From the NCBI GenBank assembly GCA_949358305.1, contig OX442314.1:28892001-28956000 (forward strand): a stretch of 64,000 bases of DNA. The letters run 5' to 3'. Positions 13,455 through 24,659 of this stretch are shown here, one piece after another (position 1 is the stretch's first letter; every line of letters begins with the position of its first letter). The position numbers and the translations under genes are program-made. Source of the stretch: Strigamia acuminata. Its lineage: Eukaryota. The notes below the pieces were generated by a model that did not search any database, was not told the DNA's origin, and saw only the letters and a list, made by a program, of their open reading frames with translations.

Positions 13455-16400
13455 TCACTTCTTTTCTGGGGGACCCGACACTGAGTCCGTCACCTGGGCG
13501 TAACTCACTCCAGGGACAGGCGGTTGAGTGCCGGGTGGCGCGAGTAGATCGCCTACTAGCGCCGAGGACCGATCGCGGGGGTCCTCATGCTCCGTAATGA
13601 AGCATAATGCATGGCCGTCAACTGGCTCATGCGGGGCACGCGTCCTCTCGTGTAACCAAACGCTCGGGATGTAGGCGGAGAAGCCGGTGTTCGTATGCCG
13701 GATGGCATTGGCTTCCGCTGGCGTCACTGGTGCACGGTGGGCTCTCAGCAACCTCTGGTGGAAGATGAGGTCCTTAGTCTTCCGGATCTGGTTGTGAAGC
13801 CAGATGAAGACCGATTTGCCTTTATCCCGTTGTGCGAGGATAAACCTCCTGGTCGCCGTTGTCATCGAGAGATGGGGAAACTCTTCGATGATTCGCCCGT
13901 AATAGTCTGGTGGAGGCGGTGCCGGCTTCGGCTTCTGGGTGGCCGCGGGAATCACGGCTTGCGTCGTTGTCGCCGCTCGGGCCGGTGAGGTCCCGGGCGG
14001 TGTCGGCTTCGTTTGCTCGACGGACCTGACGGGTGGCGTTCGGCACAGTAAGCGCTTTGGCTTACCCGCCACTTCGAACAGGGCGGGTCCCTGCGGGGAT
14101 ATCTCCGCAGGCATCGGTGGCGGAATCGGAACTCCGCTCGTCGGCGAGATCACCATGTCTACATCCTCTGCCGATTCTTCCGTCTGGATGGTCAAGGCGC
14201 GCAGTTGTTGGGTAGGCGCCGCTGTCCAGGTGGCGGAGGTGTAACGAAACGCCGTGCTTCGCAACTTGTACCCTTCAAATTCTGGGTTTACCACATCCCT
14301 GGTTAGCTCGTAGCGAGTCAACACAGGGTCGGGCAGAATGGAGCTCCACTCTGCGAGGAGTGCACGGGGAACCTGTACACCCTCTCTGTCCACGACAGAC
14401 CATGCGGCCATCGCCTGACGCCCTTCTCCGAAGAGTGCTGGGGTTAGCAGCTGCATCATGACCTTGGTCAATGATAGCTGTAGGCTGCGACGATTCACTG
14501 GATTCGATCGCTCCGAATCCGCAGTGAAGGCACACGAGAGCTTACTCATCATCGCCGTTGCCCATTCGATGAAATATCGCTGGGCTTGATCCACACCTCG
14601 CAAGGCGGGTGCGGAGACTCTTGGGTCTTCCATCACGAAGCGAAACGCTGAGAGCTCGGAGATAGTCGGGTTGGCGGCTTCTCTCGCGAGTCGCGCTTCT
14701 TCGTCTCGCCTCTCGAAGAACAGGGCCGAGGAACCGGGTCGGGGTCGGCTCGGCCTGTAAATGTCGGTCAAATTGGCTCGACATTCCTGCATAATGCTCT
14801 GTCCAACGGGGAGAGGGACTGAGCGGTCGGTGGGTAAATCCGGCGGATCGCTCGAATTCAACAACGACGGTGGCGGCAGGTCCGGAGGCGGCTGCGTCTT
14901 GGTCGGCAGCGTTGGCGTCGGCAGCGGTGGTGTTGGCTGCGTCGGCGGTGGTGGCGTCTCCGTCGTCTGCACCCCAGTCATTGCGACTTGGGGCGCCGGG
15001 AGATGTTGTTCGGAGCTTGAGGGCTGCACGATGGCGGTTGGCATGCCATCGGGTCGTGGTCGCGAATTTATGTAGTCTGCGAGCCACCTTGCCACCTCGT
15101 GTGGGGTCACCATCCCGTCGGTGACAACACCCATCTTCCTGGCGTGTTTCATCGCGGGATCGAAACGTGTCAGTTTCGTCCGCTTCATCTGAGTCAGAAT
15201 CTCGCGAAGGTCCCGCGTATCTGCCGCTGGGACGTTTCGCTCACCTGACTGGCTACCACTTCGTCGACCCGCTCTCTTGGAGATGTAGGCGGGTTCGGGG
15301 ATGGGACGGCCCCGAGCTTCGCACCTCGCGAAGTATCGCTCCTTGCGATCTTTTTTCCGCTGCTCGCGATGAGTCAGCGGACGTCTAGAAGTGCTGGGAC
15401 GAGAGACTCGCTCTTCGTCACCAGACATCCAAACCTCCTTGCACTCCTTACCGTCTTTAATCTGACGGTTTACGAAAATTCGCGGTCGGGAATACTGCGA
15501 AGGGTCACGCACCGTACTAGTGGATGGCCCAGCTTCGTTGCCTTCAGTCGTGTTTGGAGTGACACGCTGCTTCTTGGTTGTCACCGGGGAACGCGACTGG
15601 CTGTTTCCGGCGCCTTTGGAGCGCTTGCGCTTCCGCGGGTAGCTGCTTTTGGGCCCCAAAATCCCCAGGTAGTGGAGCTGCCACATCTCGGCTTGGGACG
15701 TTAAAATTCCCATCCGAGGTCTCCACTGAGGCGTACTCTCCCCCAATCGCAGCCTCTCAAACCACAGATGAATATCATCCGCGGTCATCCCCTCGTTTTG
15801 GAGGATGCGCTCGGCCACTGCCGCAGCGGTATCCACCAGCTGTTGTCTATAATGCTGATAGATGGCCTCACGGGCCTCTTCTGTCTCGGCTGCTCGCCAC
15901 GCATGCAGCACGTGTTCCTCCGCCGGGTTGCCAGTGTACTGACTTGACAATCCGGGGTGGAAAATTGGCGATTTCGGGTCATCGTCATGAGCTAACTCTG
16001 TGGCGATGCCTTCGCGCATTCCCTCCGGGAATGTGTCCAGGAGCGTGCAGTCTCGTACCCAACGTCGGGCGATGCATCGGGAATGTAGTATTCGCAGGCG
16101 CCAAGGGTCGGCGTCTTCGCCGAAACATCGTCGGTAAAAATCGGGCAGCGCGCCTCGAAATATCCCGCCACGAGTGATGCAAGCGGGGTCTAATGGTCCC
16201 CATGTTCTACGTAATGCCATCTGGAAGGGTGGAGAAATAAACAATTAATAAAAAGTTAACATTAAATACGTAGATAAATGGTTGGTTTCGAGGGACGTTG
16301 CCGATACGTGCAGCCGTCCGTCGAGACCGATTCCTGTCTATCGGTGCAAACGTAGGACGAATTGTCCCTCGTCGGATAGAAAAAGAGAAGTCATCACGTA

Positions 16401-17153
16401 AAAAATCTGTCTCATGTCCAAAACGCACAGCGAGACGGAATCGAGCCTTTAATCTGGATTCTTATCATCAGATTTTACTTCAAATTAATTCTAACATTAA
16501 TTAGAACATTACTAATAATTAAATTAATAATTAACAGTCATTCGTAAAAAGAATTCGTCGGGTGTAAATTATTACTAAAATTGCACAATAAATGTGCTTG
16601 TCGAAATTTTATTAAATAAATAAACCTAATAAAGAATTATTCCGAAGTCGGACTTTGTCTAAATTTTTAAAAAGAAGTTAAAGTCAAATTAAATTTATCC
16701 AACACACCGAAAAATTCATCGTACGAATGTTAAGTTGCATCAATTCGATCCGTCAAATTACTTGTGGAGAAAAATATTCTTTTACAGAATATTCTCCCCT
16801 TGTCATAAACTTTTTATGGCTCGAGCCCATTGTCTCGCTCGTGACTCATGTCATGAGGAATTTTCGAGACGCGAGGCGACGTGAAGTCTACGATCGCATC
16901 CCGAAAACAAATTAACAAGAAAAAAATACGATCGTGTGAGCGATCGCGGTTAATAATCAATTATTCGCTATTTCGAGTGCAAAGCACTCATGTCAGGTAT
17001 TAGTCAAACAAAATTTCTTCTTCAGCAGCACGGAACTAATTCTCATGTGCCGATGCCGACTTCTACCTGATCGGGTGGGACTTGGTTTACATCGTGGTCC
17101 CAATTCTCGTCCTCGTGCTCGATGGCCAGCACGTCCTTCTCTTCCTCGTCCAT
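13455..17153 (-). CDS. Element B third gene (ORF3), unknown function, not env; predicted join 17153-17067 + 16220-13455, ~950 aa
   Basis: 921-aa open exon; acceptor ttatttctccacccttccAG; upstream exon MDEEEKDVLAIEHEDENWDHDVNQVPPDQ ends cag|GTagaa in phase 0; homologous to ORF3 of A and D. Confidence 0.8.
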
Positions 17154-17641
17154 GGCGAGGAGCGCGCACAAGAAGCTCAATCACGATTGAAAAAAGGATG
17201 ATAAAACTATCTCAAAAACTCGGTAAAAACTCGGTAAAAATGTTAAAAACGAGGATCACGCACGAATGCAGCAATCAGCTGTGAAAAGCGGAAGTCCGTG
17301 TGAACACGAGGTAATCGCGATGGATTCTGGGTAATATACTCCAGAACCCGGGTGTTTGAGACTAGTGCGCACCTACCCGTGCGCATGTTACGCTACGGGT
17401 CTCCTTTGTTTTCACTCCCGTGCGCGATTGCTGCTACGGGGTCTTTTGCACGCGGTATCCGACCCGTGCCGATAATTTTGCTACGGGTCCCGCGCTTCCA
17501 CGCCATCTTGTGACGCGAATTCGACCGATATCCGCTTTGTTGGACTTAGCGAAATTTTGTAGAGTCTCGGATTTTGATGGCTAGCGCTGCCGATCGGTCA
17601 TTTTTTTGTTTTTCAGCGTCGCCATCGACTCGTAACGTTTT

Positions 17642-20600
17642 CTACTCTTTTCCTACGACCTTTCCATCTTTTATAAATGGATTACTTCTACGAGGCCGCA
17701 GGTGATGAGTCGAGACAGGTACGACGTTTTTTGTTGTTTTTTTTGTCTGTACCTCCTCATTATTGCTTTCTTTTTTATCCGTGTTTTTTGTGTTTGTTTC
17801 AGGAGTTTCTCCTGTTTCCCCCCCGACCAAAATTGGATCCGGAACGGATTCAACTATCTCGTTTACCGGAGGTGAAGGGGCGTCGAAATACTCCTCGTTG
17901 TCACTTGGCGGTGCTTTTTCCGACTCGCCAGCGAACATATCGACGATTTGGCCGTCAGTTTTAGACTTGACTTGGCCCTTGGCCCACATTTCTTGCGGGA
18001 ATTCCGGAATGTACGGAGTTAACTCTCGTACTTGTATCGACTTATGCTCGGTATTGTCTTCGAGCTTACGTAATTTATACGCGTTACCGCCATGCTTGCC
18101 GATGATCACATACGGACCGTCTCTCTTGTCGGCCAAGCTGGCGGTGATTCCTCTCGCTGCATTTGAGAGGGTGTGTGCATCTTTCCACACCAAATCATTG
18201 ATCTCGAAATTCACGAATTTTCCACCGCTTTTATCTTGTAAAATGCGGTCGCGCATGTTAAAAATGTGCGCCATCATATGCTTGTATGTGTTCGAAATTG
18301 TTTGCTCCAATTTATACAAATACTCATGTGGTTTCTCTGGGTCCACCACATTTACCGACTCTGCCACTCGTGGGTCCCAAGGCACTCGTAGCTCTCGGGC
18401 GAAGTTGAGGTAGGCCGGAGAAAAATCTCTCGTCCTCGAGACTGTTGTTCGTATGCTGAACGCGATCTCCCTCAAGTATTCATCCCACCTATTGTGGATG
18501 TCAGTGAATATACTTAATGCATATTTGATGTCCCTGTTGAGTCGCTCAACGGGATTTGTTCTAGGATTGTAGGTCGAAGTATGTGACGCCACAATCCCGA
18601 ATTTTTTACAAAACTTACCCCAAATTTTCGAGATAAATTGGGGTCCGTTATCGGATATTATTTTACGTGGAAATCCGTAACGTAACGCCACGTCGTAGAT
18701 ACATTCAACGATTTTCTCTGCTGAAGGTCTAGCGACGGCGTACAACTCGGGCCAACGAGTCGCCACGTCCATTATTACGATAATGTACGCATTTTTATTT
18801 CCCGTAACGGGTTTTGGGCCCATCACATCGACACTTAAACAATCAAAAGGCGCGTAAGGCCCTAAGAAAATAGTTTCGAATGGTGATTTTCTCCTCGGCT
18901 TGCACGCTTGACATCGCTGACATTGGTGGACAAAAAGAGCAATATCTTTTTTCATCCCTGTCCAGTGAAAAAGCTGTGTAGCACGATAGAGTGTTCTGCT
19001 TACTCCCGCATGGCTCGCAAGCGGGTGCCCGTGTAACAACCACAGCACGCGACCGATTAAGGAAGCAGGTATTACTACCTTTACTGCGGTGTCCGATTCA
19101 CTCAAGTCATCTTGGTGATTTGGGTGATGTTTCACCAAAAGGCCGTCATCCAATAGGTAATCTATGGATTCGTGTGCATAACGACGCTTCTGCCTTCTGG
19201 TTAAGTTGGGCGGATACTTTCCTGTCAGTACGAATCTAGCTCTGTCCTGACATTTTTTGTCTAATTTTTGTTGCACAATTATTTCCTCCCTTGTCGGGGG
19301 ATTGCTTTGCATCTGCTTGCCGACATGAGCGTGGAAGGCGCTTAGAAGCGGGTCATTTATTCTCCGCTCTAGCTTAAATTCCTTCTTTGCATCTGAGTAA
19401 TTGTCAGCAGCTGGTTGGTATAACCGCGTCCAGAATCCACAGAATTTTACATCTGCCGGAGACGCGGTAGGAATTTCATTCATTTTCCTTAAATCCCAAC
19501 GGTGACAACTCGTAGGGCAATAAATGATGCGGGAGTCATCCTCGCCATCATCGTCAGCGTCGATTGGATCTGACACTGGTGCCCGTGACAGAGCGTCAGC
19601 CACGACGTTATATTTGCCGGGCTTGTATTGAATGGTCAAGTCGCATGCCATCAGTTCTAACTGCCATCTGGCTAGTCGACCGGCTGGCTCTTTTAATTTC
19701 ATCAGCCATTGTAACGCTTGATGATCTGTGTGGACCACAAATTTGGTATATTCGAGATAATCTCTGAATTTCCTTATGGCCCACACAACGGCCAAACACT
19801 CCAACTCTGTGGCGTTGTAATTTTTTTCAGCGCCTTGGAGTTTGCGACTTATAAACATGCACGGCAGGTCTTGTTCGACTCCGTCGCGCACGTGTGTTTG
19901 AAGCAACGCGGCTCCCAACCCAACTCTGCTGGCGTCCGTATGTAATATGAACGGCCGGTTTAGGTCGGGTAGAGGCATTACGCCGACTTCCGTCAGCATC
20001 CTCTTTATCGCATTAAATGCGATGTTGCACTCATTTGACCATACAAATTCGTTTTCATTCTTCAGGAGGTCGGTAACTGGGGCTGCCACTTCAGCTAGAC
20101 CTGGTAGTAACCTGCCGAAGAAGTTTATCATTCCCATAAACCGTTGGACACCTTTAACGTCCTCGGGTGGGGGGAAACGATTAATCGCATCGATTTTTTC
20201 GGGGCCAATAGCTAAACCATTGACTCCAATGCGATAACCCAGGAAGGCAAGTTCCTTTCGACAGAACTTGCTCTTGCCCGGGTGAACGTGTAACCCAGCT
20301 TTTGCCAGCCGGGTGAGCACTTGGTCGATGTGCTCAATGTGCTCTTCGAATGTTTTGGAGGCAATAACTATGTCATCTAGGTATGCCCATACAAACTGAT
20401 GCAGGATATCACCCAATACGCTTTCGATTAGTCTCTGAAAGGTACTGGGAGCGTTCACTAAACCAAATGGCATGACGTTGAACATCAACCGTCCAATTGG
20501 CGAGTAAAATGCTGTTTTTATCTTATCCTCTGGCCTCATCTCAACTTGCCAGTATCCCTTTGACAGATCCATCGTCGTAACCCAAGAAAAGGGGCTAAGC

Positions 20601-21781
20601 TCTCTCAAAATGGATTCGATAGACGGCATCTGTATGGGATCTATCTCTGTCACCGCGTTTAATGGGCGGTAATCAATGCATAGGCGTGGGTCCGAGCCCG
20701 GGCGCATCACGAGCACAACTCGCGTCGCGTATTCTCCCTGGGCCTCGGAGACAATGCCACTGTCTAGCATTTCTTGGCACATTTTTTGCACTATTTCACG
20801 TTTTTGCGGGTTCATTCCCTTATACGCAACTCGTATAGGTTTATTATTCGTCAATTTAATTTCGTGAATTGCCCTATTCGTTCGGCCCGGTTTTTTCGAC
20901 AGGATCCCCTCATATTTAATTAGGACCCTTCGTAGGGCTGCCGCTTCGTTTAATTCTAAAGCGGCGTCGGCGACAAGCGTTTCCACTACATTGTCCCGTT
21001 GCAATTCTGCTACGAATGCTTTAAAATCGTAGTCTTGAACGAATTTCTTTAGGCCTTTCTCCCACTGTGTCTTGTCGGCCGCTTCTTTTACAAGAGCTGG
21101 TGGCACGACAATTGCGGGTCTTTCCTTATCATTTCTGATATAATTCCAAGATTTCGTTATTGGATTTGGTTGTATTTCCATTGACGCCATGAGGTCTAAG
21201 CCCAACAGAAAAATTCTGTCGCATGTGGGCAGGACCAGGAAAGGGTGCTGTTCTACCCCTCCGAGCCACTCCATGGTCAATAATATAACTCCTTTTGGAC
21301 GCGCCATTCCGTTGGCGGTTTTTAGACGTATATTTTTATTAACGCCTTTTATCTTATCGGTGAGACCCAATGATGCTACTATGTCTTCGGAAACGAACGA
21401 GCGATCTGCTCCCGAGTCTAGCAGTCCCATAATTTTTTCACGTTCTATTGTCATGGGCAACATGCATAGGCGGTTGGTGTATTCGACCGCCACGTTGCAC
21501 ATGAAAACACGAAATTCTTCTGTGTCTTCGACTACTTGAGGTAATTCTTCAAGCAGTAGGTTCGGTTCTTCCGCCTCAGCCTCAGCGTTTGCGGTAATTA
21601 CCTGCAAAGCGTTGTTGGCCCTGTCTTGAATTTGGGCGTTAGCTATGTCACTACCCATTTCTTTGACTGGTGGCGGCTTATCGAACCCTTTGTTGAACCC
21701 CTTTTTCTTCATGAATGGCGCAGACGGTCGAGAAGTTATTTCTTCGCCGCCTGCGCTGACTCGTTTTTTGACTCGTTTTTT
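17642..21781 (-). CDS. pol: Element B Pol (protease, RT, RNase H, integrase), reached by -1 frameshift
   Basis: LLDSGA, YLDD, LHTDAS/ELECLAV, HHCC zinc motif, SDNG..VER, GPY; Gypsy domain order; frame stays open upstream of ATG 21712 to the slippery sites. Confidence 0.95.
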   Translation of the reverse strand, partial: KKRVKKRVSAGGEEITSRPSAPFMKKKGFNKGFDKPPPVKEMGSDIANAQIQDRANNALQVITANAEAEAEEPNLLLEELPQVVEDTEEFRVFMCNVAVEYTNRLCMLPMTIEREKIMGLLDSGADRSFVSEDIVASLGLTDKIKGVNKNIRLKTANGMARPKGVILLTMEWLGGVEQHPFLVLPTCDRIFLLGLDLMASMEIQPNPITKSWNYIRNDKERPAIVVPPALVKEAADKTQWEKGLKKFVQDYDFKAFVAELQRDNVVETLVADAALELNEAAALRRVLIKYEGILSKKPGRTNRAIHEIKLTNNKPIRVAYKGMNPQKREIVQKMCQEMLDSGIVSEAQGEYATRVVLVMRPGSDPRLCIDYRPLNAVTEIDPIQMPSIESILRELSPFSWVTTMDLSKGYWQVEMRPEDKIKTAFYSPIGRLMFNVMPFGLVNAPSTFQRLIESVLGDILHQFVWAYLDDIVIASKTFEEHIEHIDQVLTRLAKAGLHVHPGKSKFCRKELAFLGYRIGVNGLAIGPEKIDAINRFPPPEDVKGVQRFMGMINFFGRLLPGLAEVAAPVTDLLKNENEFVWSNECNIAFNAIKRMLTEVGVMPLPDLNRPFILHTDASRVGLGAALLQTHVRDGVEQDLPCMFISRKLQGAEKNYNATELECLAVVWAIRKFRDYLEYTKFVVHTDHQALQWLMKLKEPAGRLARWQLELMACDLTIQYKPGKYNVVADALSRAPVSDPIDADDDGEDDSRIIYCPTSCHRWDLRKMNEIPTASPADVKFCGFWTRLYQPAADNYSDAKKEFKLERRINDPLLSAFHAHVGKQMQSNPPTREEIIVQQKLDKKCQDRARFVLTGKYPPNLTRRQKRRYAHESIDYLLDDGLLVKHHPNHQDDLSESDTAVKVVIPASLIGRVLWLLHGHPLASHAGVSRTLYRATQLFHWTGMKKDIALFVHQCQRCQACKPRRKSPFETIFLGPYAPFDCLSVDVMGPKPVTGNKNAYIIVIMDVATRWPELYAVARPSAEKIVECIYDVALRYGFPRKIISDNGPQFISKIWGKFCKKFGIVASHTSTYNPRTNPVERLNRDIKYALSIFTDIHNRWDEYLREIAFSIRTTVSRTRDFSPAYLNFARELRVPWDPRVAESVNVVDPEKPHEYLYKLEQTISNTYKHMMAHIFNMRDRILQDKSGGKFVNFEINDLVWKDAHTLSNAARGITASLADKRDGPYVIIGKHGGNAYKLRKLEDNTEHKSIQVRELTPYIPEFPQEMWAKGQVKSKTDGQIVDMFAGESEKAPPSDNEEYFDAPSPPVNEIVESVPDPILVGGETGETPETNTKNTDKKESNNEEVQTKKTTKNVVPVSTHHLRPRRSNPFIKDGKVVGKE

Positions 21782-24587
21782 GCCATGGCGAGTTTAATCT
21801 CTGCCATCTGCTTCATTATCGCGTCAAACTTAGCGTCTTCTTTCGCTGTTCTTGGGCACTCATTGGAATAGTGACCCGGTTGGTTACACTTGAAACAACG
21901 AATATTTGATTTGTCTCTTGGGGCTTCAATCGATTTTTTCTTTTCAGGGTCTACTTTCGATGGTGGCGTGTAATTTTTCCGAAAATACTTCGGAATTCGG
22001 CCGGCATTTGGTTTTAACCTGGCGCGAAATTCTTCTACCGCTCTATCTCGATGGATGAGATGTACTAGCGGTCCTTCTTCATCGCTTCTGCCAGCTCCAT
22101 TATACCGCTAAGATATTCAGTAGGGCGCATAATCTTATCTGTCGCCCCATATCTTTCCGCACTCAACTTGAGACGTTTTGCGGTCGCTGCTTTCTCCGCT
22201 TCTGGTAAAGCGGAATAATATCTCTTCTCGATATCTATCGTGTTCTCGAACAGGAAGGCGCTCATTTCTTCGTAGCTGCCTCCTGTCGGTGCCCTTTCTT
22301 CAAGTAGCACCCGTTGCGAGTATTCCGACAAACCGCCGAGAAAGAAAAGGTTGAATCCCGTGGCATGAAATTCCATCGGGGCCTTTTCGAACAACAATCT
22401 GGCGCGAATGTCGTAATCCATTATGGTTTCACCAGGCATCTGGCGAAGACCTCGCATCTTTCGGCTCACCTCTTCGGGTGTCTCGCCGTAGCGCAGGTCG
22501 AATCTCATTAAAAAGTCGTCCCAATTGACGCCTTTCAATCCTTGGTACCACTCACGTGCCGAGCCTGTCATTAGCTTGACAATACCGTGGGTGAGCATGT
22601 CTCCTACGGTGGCTTTAGTGGCAGTCTTAATTCGAATTACTTCGTCAAGGAAGCGATCTCCCGCTTTCCATGACCCGTCGAAACGGTTCTGAATATAAAA
22701 TTGCCACCTAATATTCCCGGTAACACTCATGGTGTCACGTCGGGAGACAGCGTATTTTTTCTTTACGCGGTCGCCAGTGCTACGATTACGATCGTTTCGT
22801 TTGCTCAGATCGATTCCCTCAGCTTTTAACGAGCCGAGTAGGGCTCTTCCAAGCTCTCCCATCGTATACTGCCGACCCGTCAAATCGGTAAACGCGCTTT
22901 GTCGGGGAAGGTCCTGAAACTCCTCCCGTCGGTGGTCTCTATTTTCCGATCGACGTCGTTTCTCTCTATCGCGCGGAGAGTTGGATCTCTTCCGGCGATT
23001 ACTTGATTTATCATTTCGTCTGTCGTCGTTGGATGAGGGGTCGGAGCTGGGGTCGGGAGACGGTGAGCGGCGTGGCGGGTTGCGCCGTGAAGAGTTTGAC
23101 TCTTTCCGGCCCCTACGACGGTCGTCACGTTCCCTTTCCCTGCGTTCATCGCGTTCTCTTTCCCTTCGTCTTTCTCCGGAACCTCTCTCCGAATCGTGAT
23201 GACTGGGTGCATTTGACTCCAGTCCATCTGACGACGAATCACTATTTCCGTAGTGATAATATTTCGGTCTTTCATCGCGTTTGCCTTCTTCTCGCGAAGA
23301 GGTGCGATCATGCGATTGTCTCCTTGACGACTCGTCGTCTTTAAGGATGGGCACTGGTTGTTGCCACTCAGTCCTTTGCGGATTATCATGCTGTTGGCTT
23401 GTGAGAGCTTGCTCTTCATTTCGCCTAGCATTATTAGCGTTGATTAATCGCGTTATCGCATTATTTGTGGCTGAATCGAGAGCTTGCATGCGGGGCCGAG
23501 TTTGTTGTTCTCTGGCCGACGCATCTCTCTTGCGCGGAGTAGCTGGTGTTGCCCTCTCCGGCTGGGGTTTGGGTTTGGCCTTCGGCGTGCGCTTTGGGTC
23601 TCCCTCTAGGCTCTCGTCGGACAGCTCGGATAAACTGACCTCTGGTTTGCGGACGGATTTCGGGTCATCTCGTCGCAATCTGGCCATAAATGCTCGCTCT
23701 GCTTCTTGTTGCGAGTGGAAAGCATATCGATGTGCTCTCAGGGCTCGGTCAACTATTTCTACCTCCTCGGGAGTAGTCGGATTGGGCTGGGTTCTGCCGT
23801 ACTCGAGAGCTTGCGCTTCTCTTTCCGCCAGCTTCCTCCGTCTCTCGCGAATGGCTTGTCGAGCCTCGTTCTCTGCATCCGCTTCAAATTGAGCGGAATC
23901 AACCAATTGTTGAGCGTGTGCACCTTCAACAATGGTGATTTGTGGGGATACACTGTGCGCTTTTAAAGCTGCACGTACGATTTGTAACGTTTCGTACACT
24001 GTAATCTTTCCCGTCGGAAGGGTGTATCTCACTCCCTCCGCTTGTGCCAATTGCATCGCATCAATCAAGGTGCCCGAGACGCTGTAAGGCTGGCTCGAAA
24101 CACGCTTGACAGAGGACGAGTTGGACTTGTGCCCTTCAGACATTACCGAGGCTGGTCGACTGTGCGTAATTGGCGTGTTTAGCGCTGAATTCGCTGTCGT
24201 GTCGGACGCCGTCCTTTGTATCGAAGACGTCGCTCTCGGATCGCTCACTTCGGTATCGTGCGTTAGACGAGGCGATTGGTTACGGGATAAAACCTCGTTT
24301 CCGCTCGTCTCGCCGTCACGATTGGGACGCGGCGGTTTGGGGTGGGACGGATCCTCACTCTGCTCCGTCTCGTCTAATCGCTGCCTCGTCTCGGCGTGAG
24401 ACGGGTGCGATGCCTCCGAAGCGCTTCGTCGGTCTGGCTTGGCCTTGCGGCGTTTTTGCCTAGACTCGTGCGCTGAGGCTTTGGGCAAAGGACCTCCCGA
24501 CCTCAAATGATAGTCGGTTCCTTTGCGACTACCGGCTCGTTTGTTAACGTCTGAGTCGGAGTCTGTTACTCGAGTATTATCTGCCAT
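21736..24587 (-). CDS. gag: Element B Gag, with an apparent 1-nt frameshift near 22075
   Basis: 840-aa ORF directly after the PBS; CCHC knuckle CFKCNQPGHYSNEC lies downstream in the -1 frame, which stops at 21736. Confidence 0.85.
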
Positions 24588-24639
24588 TTCTTGCTTTGGG
24601 TATGAAGTAATCTCAGGTTAGAATCAGTTATTCAACTTG

Positions 24640-24657
24640 ATCCCGGACAGGCCCCCA
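24640..24657 (-). promoter_or_regulatory. Primer-binding site of B, tRNA-Pro-like
   Basis: TGGGGGCCTGTCCGGGAT, 2 nt inside the 5' LTR; 16/18 match to the canonical tRNA-Pro PBS TGGGGGCTCGTCCGGGAT. Confidence 0.85.
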
Positions 24658-24659
24658 CG

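Noticed and set aside
13455..16244. ORF3 as an envelope gene
   Set aside because: No visible signal peptide or transmembrane segment; composition is basic and Pro-rich
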